Below are positions 9,806 to 18,916 of a DNA stretch of 64,000 nucleotides, piece after piece. This DNA comes from Alphaproteobacteria bacterium. Lineage in GTDB: Bacteria > Pseudomonadota > Alphaproteobacteria > GCA-2746255. The stretch lies in contig JAGWAR010000006.1 in assembly GCA_021296325.1 (NCBI GenBank), forward strand, positions 33,572 to 97,571. Direction: 5' to 3'. The stretch's first letter is position 1. Every line of letters begins with the position of its first letter. Below the pieces are notes generated by a model that saw only the letters and a list, made by a program, of their open reading frames with translations, ran no database searches and was not told where the DNA came from. Position numbers and translations under genes: made by a program.

Positions 9806-12461
9806 ATGACTCCGGCCGCCACCCGGACAACGTGCCCATACTGCGGGGTTGGCTGTGGCGTGACAGCCCGCGCCGGAGCAGATGGCGCCATTGCCATCGA
9901 AGGGGATCCCGATCATCCCGCCAATCGGGGACGGCTGTGCTCGAAAGGCTCCGCCCTCGGAGAAACCCTCGCGTCAACCAGCCGTCTACTGCGCCCGCGC
10001 GTCGGGGGAAAGGATACGGATTGGGATACGGCGCTTTCGCATGTTGCCCGAGGATTGTCCGAAACGTGCGAGCGGCACGGGCCGGATGCAGTGGCATTTT
10101 ACGTTTCAGGACAATTACTTACCGAAGATTACTACGTCGCAAACAAGCTTCTGAAAGGATTCGTCGGAACCGCCAACATCGACACGAATTCCCGCCTTTG
10201 CATGGCGTCTTCCGTCGCCGGCCACAAGCGCGCCTTCGGAAGCGACACCGTACCGGGTTGTTACGAAGACCTGGAGCAGGCGGATCTCGTCGTTCTCGTC
10301 GGCTCCAACTTCGCCTGGTGCCATCCGGTGCTGTTTCAGCGGCTACAGGCGGCGCGCGCAGACCGCAACACGCGCATCGTTGTTATCGATCCGCGTCGGA
10401 CAGTTACGGCGGAATCGGCGGATTTTCACCTGTCCCTCGCCTCCGGGTCCGACGTCGCGCTTTTCAACGGGCTGCTTGCCTATCTCGCAAGCAACGGGGC
10501 CGCCGATTCCGATTACCTCGATTCTTACACCTCGGGATGTGCGGACACCCTTGAAACCGCCCGCCCTTTCAACATCGAAGAAGTGGCGCGTATCACGCAC
10601 CTCCCCCCCGACCAGATCAACGCCTTCTACGAGGCCTTTCTCAAAACCGAACGGGTCGTGACGGTTTACTCGCAGGGCGTCAACCAGTCGAGCGCCGGCT
10701 CGCATAAGGTCAACGCGCCTCTATACGGGCCGTATCGGACGTGCCGGCATGGGGCCTTTCTCGATCACCGGCCAGCCAAATGCGATGGGCGGTCGTGAGG
10801 TGGGCGGGCTGGCCAATCAGCTGGCGGCCCATATGGAAATCACGAACCCATCGCACCACGATCTCGTACGCCGTTTCTGGGACGCGCCGACGATGCCCGA
10901 ACGTCCAGGCATGAAGGCGGTTGACCTGTTCCGTGCGGTGGGGCGCGGTGAAGTAAAGGCTGTCTGGATCATGGCGACAAACCCCGTCGCCAGCCTACCC
11001 ATGGCCGAGACAGTCGCCGAGGCTCTGCGCACCTGCCCACTGGTCATATTGTCGGACGTCACGGACACCACGCGCACGGCCGCCATGGCCGACGTGCTGC
11101 TGCCCGCCGCGGGATGGGGAGAAAAGGACGGCACGGTCACCAATTCCGAACGGCGCATCTCGCGCCAACGCCCCTTTCTGCCGCCGCCCGGCGAGGCCCG
11201 CCCCGACTGGCAGATTGTCGCCCAGGTTGCACAGAAGATGAAATTCCGGGGTTTCGATTACCCAAACGCCGCCGCCGTCTTCCGCGAGCATGCCGCGCTT
11301 TCCGCCTTCGAAAACAACGGCACCAGGGATTTCGACATCGGCGGCCTCGCATCCCTGACGGACGAAGCCTATGACACCATGGAACCCGTCCAATGGCCCG
11401 TCCCCAAGGGCCGTCGCCAGGGCACGGCGCGGCTGTTTGGAAAAGGCGGATATTTCACGGCGACCGGCCGCGGTCATTTCGTGCCCACCCTCTTCCGCCC
11501 ACCGGCATCCACGCCAAGCGCGGGCTACCCCCTAGTCATGAACACGGGCCGTATCCGCGATCAATGGCACACGATGACACGGACCGGCATGGTGCCGCGG
11601 CTGCTTGTGCACACGGCCGAACCTTTCGTGGAGATACACCCCGAGGACGCGGCAGCGGCCGGCGTTGCACCAGCCACGCTGGCTTGCGTGGAAAGCCCCC
11701 ATGGCTGCCTGATTGCGCGCGTCCTTCCAACCTCGCGCCAGTCCCGCGGCACCGTCTTCGTGCCGATGCACTGGACGGCACCCTATGCCGCCTGCGCACA
11801 ACCGGATTCCCTGGTTGCCAATCACGTTGACCCGGTTTCGGGCCAGCCGGAACTCAAGCATACGCCCGTGCGGGTAACGCCCTATGCGGCGGCCTGGTAC
11901 GGCTACCTTGTGACGCGACGCCAGCCTCGGCTGGATGGTTTCGGTTACTGGGCGCTGGCGCTGGCGAAGGATGGCTGGCGCGCGGAACTTGCGGACAGGA
12001 CGGCTCCGGATTCCTTCCCACGTCTCGCACGCGCCCTGCTTGGCCTGGATGCAGACGACCCGGCGGCCGACGACGCCCTGCTCACCTACCACGACACGGC
12101 GGGCGGCGAGCACCGCTTCGCGCATTTCCGGGAAAACCGGTTCGAAGGCGCCCTGATGACGGCACCCCTGCCGGTGGCGGCCGGGCGGACATGGTTGGCC
12201 GACCAGCTCGGCGAAACGCTGTCGCAAACGGCGCGGCACCACGTTCTGGCCGGGCGGGCGGGAGCGGATTGCCCGGACCCGGGAGCCATCGTGTGTGCCT
12301 GTTTCGAAATCGGCATCCATCAGATTACGGACGCCATCGCGGCCGGCGCGACCAGCGTCGATGCCGTCGGCACCGCCGTGAAAGCAGGCATGAATTGCGG
12401 TTCGTGCCGCGCCGAGATCAACCGCATCCTGGCACAGACTGCGATCAAGCAGGCCGTCTAG
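9806..12461 (+). pseudogene. nasA: Assimilatory nitrate reductase catalytic subunit, split by a frameshift at about 10718
   Basis: N-half has TCPYCGVGC and NSRLCM; C-half has GQPNAMGGREVGG, TGRIRDQWHTMTRT and a C-terminal BFD domain. The frame changes between KVNA and LYTGRIG. Confidence 0.85.
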
Positions 12462-12469
12462 GCAACCGT

Positions 12470-13060
12470 CTCGGGCTGCACGATGGAGATCGAGCGCAGA
12501 ACGCCTGGCTGCTCCGTTTCTGTCCGGGCAACCTTGCCCTTGCCGTCAGGCTCCTCCGGCAAACCGGCATGAGGGCCGAGGAAGGCTTTTCCCTCGAGCA
12601 CGGCCAGTGTGACCTCAAGCGCCACGAGCGCCTGTTGCCGCGGACCAAGACGAACCGGCCGCGGGTGATACCGCTCGCCGATCCCCTGCTCGCCGACGCC
12701 GGTATCACGCTGAGTATCACACCCCGCCACCTTACCTCCCCCTTCGTGTTCTGGCACGGTGACGGAACCCGCTACCGCAACGTCGCCTCCCGGTTTGCCG
12801 AGATCATGCGCCGGGCCGAGCGTCAGGCCCTCGTCGAAAAGCGCCAGTTTCAACGCTTTCGCTGCCACGACCTGCGGCACAAGTTTGCGGTCGAATATCT
12901 GAAAAGCGGCGGCGATATTTACGCGCTCGCCCGTATCCTGGGGCACTCATCGGTCAAGACGACGGAAATCTATCTCGCCTGCACGAGCGAAGGTGTATCC
13001 CAAAAAGTATCACAGCAGCGGCGGTTTTCTCGGGCCGGTGAAGGCGAGATATCCATCTAA
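12470..13060 (+). pseudogene. 5'-truncated tyrosine recombinase/integrase remnant
   Basis: TGMR, TKT, HDLRH, LGH and TEIY catalytic motifs; no plausible start or N-terminal domains; ends 10 bp from the tRNA 3' end. Confidence 0.8.
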
Positions 13061-13070
13061 CGCATTGAAT

Positions 13071-13163
13071 TGGCGGAGGGAGAGGGATTCGAACCCTCGA
13101 TAGGGCTTTACACCCTATAACGGTTTAGCAAACCGCCGCCTTCAGCCACTCGGCCACCCCTCC
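13071..13163 (-). tRNA. tRNA-Ser(GCT)
   Basis: GGAGGGGTGGCCGAGTGG...GGTTT GCT AAACC..., long variable arm, GGTTCGAATCC T-loop, encoded CCA. Confidence 0.95.
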
Positions 13164-13199
13164 GGAACGGGAAAACGCGCAAACCGCGCCCGCAGCCGG

Positions 13200-13228
13200 G
13201 TTCTAGCGGCGGGGCCGAAGGCTGTCAA
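13200..13228 (-). promoter_or_regulatory. sigma70 promoter of tRNA-Ser
   Basis: TTGACA-17 bp-TAGAAC on the minus strand. Confidence 0.6.
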
Positions 13229-13415
13229 TGAAGTGCCCCCCGCGGAACCCTTAAAAAACCCTTGGTTTCCGGGCCTGCACGCCCGGTCCGGCGAAGCGCC
13301 TTGCCTCGCCTTCGTTTTCCGTTAACATTTCCGTATAAGGGGGGAGGCTATCCTCTAGGAAGACACAAAGAAACCGGCGTCGGCGGGCGTTGCCCGCTGC
13401 GGGAAAGGCTGGTGC

Positions 13416-13943
13416 ATGAGAAAGCGGATAGCAGGTTTTGCCCTGGCGGCCCTCTGCCTATGGGCCGTTACCGGCAATCAAACCTTTGCGGAAGAGCCGA
13501 GCGTGGCGGTCGCAAAGGCGGCGTCCGTGCGCGCGCTGCAATCCGAATTGATGGTGGCCGCCCTCGCCTGCCCCGGCGACCTCGGGGTTTCACTGGTCCG
13601 GAACTACAACCGTTTCGTCCGGCATTTCTCGCCCGCCCTCATCCGCAGCGCCAATACGCTTCGCACCCACTTCCGGACGACCTATGGCGCCGAACACGTG
13701 ATTCGTTTCGATTCTTTCCTGACCCGCCTTGCCAATCAGGCGTCCCTTAGCTCGATCCGCGAGGCGGCCTATTGTCAGGACCGCGCCCGGATGGTCGAGG
13801 CGGCGCTGGGCTTGAATGACGCCGACCTCGAAAGCTTCACGATCACGGCCTATGCGGCCTCGGCCGACCTCACCGGCGAAGAGTTATTCCCCTCCCACGC
13901 GACGCGCCTTGCCGCCCGCGAGGCGATCGAACGCGCCGAATAG
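13416..13943 (+). CDS. Exported hypothetical protein
   Basis: Signal peptide; LQSELMVAALAC...YNRF...FLTRLAN...C; codon usage like the core genes. Confidence 0.65.
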   Translation: MRKRIAGFALAALCLWAVTGNQTFAEEPSVAVAKAASVRALQSELMVAALACPGDLGVSLVRNYNRFVRHFSPALIRSANTLRTHFRTTYGAEHVIRFDSFLTRLANQASLSSIREAAYCQDRARMVEAALGLNDADLESFTITAYAASADLTGEELFPSHATRLAAREAIERAE

Positions 13944-13956
13944 GCCTCTTTCCGTT

Positions 13957-15066
13957 TTAAGGTAGTTGAATTTCGACCCGGCGGTTCCGGGGCTCGCGCA
14001 CATTGTCCGGCGTCGCGACAAGCGGGTCGTCCTCACCCCTGCCAAGTGTCACGATCTGATTGGCCGCCACCCCCTGACCAACCAGAAAATTTTTCACTGC
14101 TGCGGCCCGGCGTTCGGAAAGCCCCTGGTTGTATCCGCGCGAGCCGGAACGGTCCGCATGACCGGTCAGCTGAATGACGGTGGCGACGCCCTGTTTCGCG
14201 ACGGCCGCCGCCTCGGCCAGGATCTGAGCCGCATCCGGCCGTACGGCCGTCTGGTCCCAATCGAAGAAGACGAGGAAGGTCTGTGTCGTGCGGGGCGCCG
14301 GGGCCGGGCTGCCCTCGGCGACGCGGCGTTCGGCCGGCCGGGTAACGGCTGGAACCGGCGCCGGGGCCGAAGGCTGGGACTTCATGCCGGGTTCGGGACC
14401 GAAATGCCAGGTGAGGCCGAACAGGATCGAATGGTCCTCGACGCCGCTTTCGACGCTTTCATTGGCGGCCGTCACGAATTCCGGCCCGACCGTCGTCAGA
14501 TACCGGTAGTCCACATTGGCCGTAAGCCGGGGTGTGAGCGTGTGGCTTACGCCGAAAATCGCCTGATAGGCGAAAACGCTGTCGTCGCTATCGATCAGCA
14601 GCGTGCCGCCCTGCGTCACGCCGTTAAGCGAAACCTGTGCGGTGCCAAGGCCAAAACCCGCATACACACCCAAGAAGCGGTCCGGCGCAATTTCGGTTTT
14701 ATAAAAATCGTAGATGAAGTTCGCCGTCACGGTGCGGATCGATCGGTCCCCGCTCACGACTCCGGTACCGCCGATCAGGGCTTCGACGTCATTCTCGCGG
14801 TAGAGAAACTCGCCTTCGATACGGAACCCGTTGAAGTCATAGCCCACCGCCGCGCCGGCCAGATAACCGGACTTGAATTCGCTGGTGCGGTTGAAGGTGC
14901 TGCCCAACAGGCCGGTGATGGACTCCGGATCCGCATAGTTCCCGCCGCCCTGGGCGCGCACGTACCACGCTTCCTCGGCGGCGGCGCCGACCGGCGCCGC
15001 AACCGCAAGGACGAACAGAAGCACTGCACTTCCCGCTCGAAGACTCGGGAACTTCCTGTCAACCAC
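13957..15066 (-). CDS. OmpA-family protein (N-terminal beta-barrel plus C-terminal peptidoglycan-binding domain)
   Basis: Barrel strands, Pro/Ala linker, then GHADRSG..YNQGLSERRA..GRGE..NRRVEI. GTG start at 15066 inferred from a GGGAG RBS. Confidence 0.85.
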   Translation of the reverse strand: MVDRKFPSLRAGSAVLLFVLAVAAPVGAAAEEAWYVRAQGGGNYADPESITGLLGSTFNRTSEFKSGYLAGAAVGYDFNGFRIEGEFLYRENDVEALIGGTGVVSGDRSIRTVTANFIYDFYKTEIAPDRFLGVYAGFGLGTAQVSLNGVTQGGTLLIDSDDSVFAYQAIFGVSHTLTPRLTANVDYRYLTTVGPEFVTAANESVESGVEDHSILFGLTWHFGPEPGMKSQPSAPAPVPAVTRPAERRVAEGSPAPAPRTTQTFLVFFDWDQTAVRPDAAQILAEAAAVAKQGVATVIQLTGHADRSGSRGYNQGLSERRAAAVKNFLVGQGVAANQIVTLGRGEDDPLVATPDNVREPRNRRVEIQLP

Positions 15067-15134
15067 GGTAGGGTACTCCCATGAGGGTGAATGGCCCAAG
15101 ATAAGGGAAACCGGGGCAAAATGTCGAGGCCCAC

Positions 15135-15142
15135 GAGAACCG
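15135..15142 (+). repeat. 8-bp target site duplication (left copy)
   Basis: GAGAACCG, identical to 18937-18944. Confidence 0.9.
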
Positions 15143-15162
15143 GGTAGTGTCTCAGTTTGAAA
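15143..15162 (+). repeat. Terminal inverted repeat
   Basis: GGTAGTGTCTCAGTTTGAAA; contains the transposase stop codon. Confidence 0.92.
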
Positions 15163-16039
15163 TCTGGCGTTTCCTATAAGCCTTCGGCCTGCCCGGCTTC
15201 GGGGCGCGGGCGTCTATCAGACCCACGATCCATTCCATGTCATGCAGGGTATAGGAAATACCGGCTTCCATCGCCGGGGATATTCCGCCCAGCGCCTTGT
15301 GCTGACGGCAGAAATTATACCAGACAAAGTATAGCGCCAGCGCATGACAGTGGTTTTCGAATTTCTTGGAGAACGCATTGGTCAGCCTAGTAAATCGCCG
15401 CATGGACATCCGCATCGTCAGGTTCTGCCGCTCGACGTAGGATGTAGAGACGTGCTTGGGATCGGGCTTTCCCCGAAGACGGTCCTTTTTAACGCCATTG
15501 CAAACAGGCGGGCTATATCGCTTTTCGCTTTCTGGGGCTGTGCCGTACATCTTTACAAGCTGGGCATAATCAATACCCCTATCAGCAAACGCCCCGATCA
15601 CAGCATCCAGATAGGCATAATGCCCGTCGGTGGTTAGCTGGACGCGATTTGTTAGGCGACCCGCTACATCATCCATGAAGGCGTTTGCTAACTCGGAGTC
15701 CCGGCCACCGACCAGCCAAGAGACAATCAGCTTGCTATCGGCATCCAAAGCCGTCCACGTCCATACATCGCCCGCACCCTCTGGCGCGGCCTTCGCCGTG
15801 GGTACGTTCTTCGCCTTGGCGTAGGCAAAGCTCCAGATTTCATCGCACTGGACGCGCTTGGATTTAAGCCCGCGCACATGTTCGTCATGATAGGCCGCGC
15901 AAGCGTTCCCGGCATCCACCAACAATTTGGATACTGTATTGATGGAAACGCCCACCACGCGGCTGATGGACCGCATGGAAGACCCCTCGCAGAGCATGGA
16001 AAGGATTTGGATGCGCTTCTCTAGGGGCAATTTGTTCAT
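15152..16039 (-). CDS. IS1-family DDE transposase (single ORF)
   Basis: N-terminal HTH (SMRSISRVVGVSINTV); D in QCDEIW, D in TTDG, E in YVERQN; RRFTRLTNAFSKK. Confidence 0.9.
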   Translation of the reverse strand: MNKLPLEKRIQILSMLCEGSSMRSISRVVGVSINTVSKLLVDAGNACAAYHDEHVRGLKSKRVQCDEIWSFAYAKAKNVPTAKAAPEGAGDVWTWTALDADSKLIVSWLVGGRDSELANAFMDDVAGRLTNRVQLTTDGHYAYLDAVIGAFADRGIDYAQLVKMYGTAPESEKRYSPPVCNGVKKDRLRGKPDPKHVSTSYVERQNLTMRMSMRRFTRLTNAFSKKFENHCHALALYFVWYNFCRQHKALGGISPAMEAGISYTLHDMEWIVGLIDARAPKPGRPKAYRKRQISN

Positions 16040-16045
16040 GCCCCT

Positions 16046-16074
16046 ATTATCTGAACTTATATACTTAGCGTCAA
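16046..16074 (-). promoter_or_regulatory. sigma70 promoter of the transposase
   Basis: TTGACG-17 bp-GATAAT, 6 nt upstream of the ATG. Confidence 0.7.
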
Positions 16075-16084
16075 GTATTTTTGT

Positions 16085-17257
16085 TCACTTAAGGGTTGGT
16101 TCAATAATCGGGGGCTCTCCCATCGTAAGCGAACCCTTTTTAAGGTTGCACATGGCCTCAATGAAGCGTGGATTGATCTGGACAGCAGCTTTTAATCCGT
16201 CAGCAGTCATTTTGCCGCTCTCCGCTGCCAAATCGAATGCCCGAGTCAAAAGGCGTGGGCTCTCTAGGGGGATGAGTGACGGGTCATCTAGCGGCTCTTG
16301 TGTGCGCCACTTCCTGAAAGAAACCTGCTTACGCATATTCAAAATTTGGTTCTCATCGAAAATCCCAAGATCAGAACAACGGTAAATCATAGCTTGAATT
16401 GAAACACGCCATCGGCGTTTCAATTCCACAAATGCATCTAACCGTGGTGTAAATACTTCGTTGGGAAACGAGTGTTTTGGAAGTAGGAAAGCCCCAGCAA
16501 AACGATCCGCTTGTCTCTCTATTTCCTTTAAAAATGTCCTATCCTCAATTTCAGATGAATCAATATGTCGGTGCATCACCAAATGCCCAAGCTCGTGAGC
16601 AAGATCGAATCTAGTCCGCACCCCGGCCTTTTTCTCGGATGCCATAAAAATGAACGGACGTGGGCCATTCCAGAATGAAAACGCCTCTACATTTTCGCCA
16701 GCCATTTCATAGCGACAAGCAATGACACCATTCGATTCCAGCAGGGCCAATACATTAGAAATTGGCCCCAAACCAAGCCCCCAGTCTGAGCGAACCCGCT
16801 CTGCTATTTCGTCAATCCCATCTTCGCCAAAGTCAGCGTGGTCATATTGAGGAACCTTAACTGCCGGATAATTCACAAAGCGATCAAACGCCTTCGCCAC
16901 TTGCACAAACCAGCCAGCATAAGTGTCGCACGCCTCGCGCCGACGAGCGGTATCGGAGCCAAATTTGCGATAAAACCGTGTGGTCGATTGCCCGAATACA
17001 GGCTCATCTTCCGACGTAAAGAACCCCGGCGGCTGCTCAAGTGCAGAGACGAGCGCCGTAAAGGTTTCTGGATCGGGAAGTCTGTCCCCGCGCTCGAATT
17101 GCGAAATTGCTTGGCGCGTAACACCAATTCGGTCGCCCAATTCTTCCTGCGATAGGCGCAAAAACTTACGCGCATCCCTAACGCGCGCTGGAATCAAAAG
17201 CCGCCCACCACGATCAGGGCGGGCGGCTGGGAAATGGACGATGTTATTCGTTGTCAC
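16085..17257 (-). CDS. XRE HTH plus ImmA/IrrE zinc metallopeptidase (RmrA-like antitoxin candidate)
   Basis: LSQEELGDRIGVTRQAISQFERG HTH; RFDLAHELGH (HExxH); ERQADRFAGAFLLP. Confidence 0.88.
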   Translation of the reverse strand: MTTNNIVHFPAARPDRGGRLLIPARVRDARKFLRLSQEELGDRIGVTRQAISQFERGDRLPDPETFTALVSALEQPPGFFTSEDEPVFGQSTTRFYRKFGSDTARRREACDTYAGWFVQVAKAFDRFVNYPAVKVPQYDHADFGEDGIDEIAERVRSDWGLGLGPISNVLALLESNGVIACRYEMAGENVEAFSFWNGPRPFIFMASEKKAGVRTRFDLAHELGHLVMHRHIDSSEIEDRTFLKEIERQADRFAGAFLLPKHSFPNEVFTPRLDAFVELKRRWRVSIQAMIYRCSDLGIFDENQILNMRKQVSFRKWRTQEPLDDPSLIPLESPRLLTRAFDLAAESGKMTADGLKAAVQINPRFIEAMCNLKKGSLTMGEPPIIEPTLK

Positions 17258-17918
17258 GCCTTAGCCTGTCGATTTCTTCTTTAAGAGTCATCACCGCTTC
17301 AACGTCCGTTTCCTCCATCGGAACTTCCGACTGGGGAACCGAATGAGCCATCAACATCAAATTGGGCGACCTATGCTGAAACCCTTCAGAGTGGCGAGGG
17401 TGTGGAATCGCAAGGTGTGCGAAATCAAGCGTCTGATGGCCATGCAGCAGCAGAATGTGCGGCGCCCCATTCCATTCCCCTAAATCTTCCCGCATGAACT
17501 CCATGGAGATCTGGCTAGTTAGCCTTTTATTCCGGCGAAATTTTACGTCACGCGGCTGCTTGTCCGGATGGGCGACTTGGCTGATGGTTAACACAGAGTG
17601 GCTGAACAAAACTTCCAAGTAGCGGCCCGTCGGGCGTTCGAATAAACGCCAGCACCGATCAACACCGAACTGGCCCGAATCGACCAGCTTCTCGAACGCC
17701 AAATCGACCGCCCACTGAATGATCCGCCCTCGATTGGCCTTTGCGCTCTCTACGGAAAGAATGGGCTCTTTGTCTATGACAAGGCTTGCTGCCGCATAGG
17801 CTTGCTTCAGGGTAGTTGGAACAACCGCCCGACGAACAAGCGGAATCTGGTCGAGAAGAAACGCTTCAGAGAGTTCCAAGGAGGAGGCCCTTTCCGGGTT
17901 GCCGAAGTCAGTAGGCAA
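17244..17918 (-). CDS. Hypothetical protein (candidate toxin partner of XRE-ImmA)
   Basis: 224-aa ORF overlapping the ImmA start by 14 bp; the real start may be the TTG at 17879. Confidence 0.7.
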   Translation of the reverse strand: MPTDFGNPERASSLELSEAFLLDQIPLVRRAVVPTTLKQAYAAASLVIDKEPILSVESAKANRGRIIQWAVDLAFEKLVDSGQFGVDRCWRLFERPTGRYLEVLFSHSVLTISQVAHPDKQPRDVKFRRNKRLTSQISMEFMREDLGEWNGAPHILLLHGHQTLDFAHLAIPHPRHSEGFQHRSPNLMLMAHSVPQSEVPMEETDVEAVMTLKEEIDRLRRDNE

Positions 17919-17919
17919 C

Positions 17920-17948
17920 TATTTACGAAATTACCAGGTTTTTGTCAA
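17920..17948 (-). promoter_or_regulatory. sigma70 promoter of the two-gene cargo operon
   Basis: TTGACA-17 bp-TAAATA. Confidence 0.5.
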
Positions 17949-18184
17949 CTGCAAGATTTCCCCCATCGCTTGGCAGCCGCCTTCTTAGCGATCTCCGCCC
18001 GCTTCTTCTTGCTCAGGCTCTTGGCCCGCGCTTGGCCGCCCTTTTTCCCTAGGGCAACGGCGGCCTTGTTTTTGCCGTTCTCATCTACGCTATCTTCAAT
18101 CTCGCCCGTAGCGATCTTGGCAACCTTGACGGCGGCTCCAATCACATCGGCAGGGCGTTTCTCGCCTTTGGGGCCCTTAGGCAT
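17945..18184 (-). CDS. Small basic IS1-associated protein
   Basis: MPKGPKGEKRPADVIG...AVALGKKGGQARAKSLSKKKRAEIAKKAAAKRW; Lys/Ala-rich. Confidence 0.8.
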   Translation of the reverse strand: MPKGPKGEKRPADVIGAAVKVAKIATGEIEDSVDENGKNKAAVALGKKGGQARAKSLSKKKRAEIAKKAAAKRWGKSCS

Positions 18185-18390
18185 CAGGCGTCCACCTCAG
18201 AAATGATGGTGTAGCCTGCGGAAAGCGTGCCCGTGCCGGTCGCAGAAGGGCGGGACGGCTGCCAAGTGAAGCCCACAATGCGAACGTGGCCCTTACGCGT
18301 TGCGATGTTCTGCAAAACCTCGTTTAGATTGGAAATATCATCCCGTGCGGTATCTGCTTGGTACTTTTTAGCTTCAGCTCTTTCAGCCAT
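18184..18390 (-). CDS. Hypothetical 68-aa protein
   Basis: GAGG RBS; TGATG coupling to the 79-aa gene. Confidence 0.65.
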   Translation of the reverse strand: MAERAEAKKYQADTARDDISNLNEVLQNIATRKGHVRIVGFTWQPSRPSATGTGTLSAGYTIISEVDA

Positions 18391-18417
18391 AGTCGCTTCC
18401 TCATGTGCTTTCCGCTA

Positions 18418-18446
18418 AGCATATAGGGATTTAAGGCGTGCTGCAA
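18418..18446 (-). promoter_or_regulatory. sigma70 promoter of the 68-aa/79-aa operon
   Basis: TTGCAG-17 bp-TATGCT. Confidence 0.55.
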
Positions 18447-18497
18447 ACAGCAGCCTTTGGTATCTTTCTCACGTTCACAATTGATGGGGGATTAGCT

Positions 18498-18665
18498 ATG
18501 GCTAGAGTATCTCCTTTCCATAGTAAGAAGAATCCTGGCGTCTACCACGTTTGCTCAAATTGTACTGAGGGCAATAATATCGAACGTGAAAATAGAGCCT
18601 CCGGGACTGGGGGTGGGTCGCTTTGCCAGCGATGCAGCGAGCTACAGCGTTCGGGTAATTGTTAA
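18498..18665 (+). CDS. 55-aa Cys/His-rich mini-protein
   Basis: MARVSPFHSKKNPGVYHVCSNCTEGNNIE...LCQRC...C; GGGGGA RBS. Confidence 0.65.
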   Translation: MARVSPFHSKKNPGVYHVCSNCTEGNNIERENRASGTGGGSLCQRCSELQRSGNC

Positions 18666-18902
18666 CTCATTAATATGGTTTACGCGGGGGGCGGCCTCCA
18701 AGCGCTTGCAGTGATCCCAAATCAATTCGCCAAGAGTTGGGAGGCTGACCCCCCACTTTCGAGAAAGCCACTCAAATGTCATTCCGTTAGAGTGGATTTC
18801 CCAACACAGGATTTCGCCAAAGCTTTTTCCACATCCAGTCGGGCATGCCTCATATTGCTCGACAATTAATCGCCGTAGCCTTGTTAGGTGGGATTCCTCC
18901 AT
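18642..18902 (-). CDS. Hypothetical Cys-containing protein with an HTH-like segment
   Basis: MEESHL...CPTGC...TFEWLSRKWGVSLPTLGELIWDHC. Confidence 0.5.
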   Translation of the reverse strand: MEESHLTRLRRLIVEQYEACPTGCGKSFGEILCWEIHSNGMTFEWLSRKWGVSLPTLGELIWDHCKRLEAAPRVNHINELTITRTL

Positions 18903-18916
18903 GTCAACCGCCCGAT

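Noticed and set aside
9806-12461. nasA as a genuine two-subunit or programmed-frameshift gene
   Set aside because: Conserved residues are missing at the junction and there is no slippery site; a deletion is the simpler explanation.
12191-12469. N-terminal part of the 289-aa integrase ORF
   Set aside because: Out-of-frame overlap with the nasA 3' end; integrase-like sequence only starts after the nasA stop.
12994-13014. GTATCCCAAAAAGTATCACAG short tandem repeat
   Set aside because: Could be an integrase arm-type site, but it is too short to support without the partner att site.
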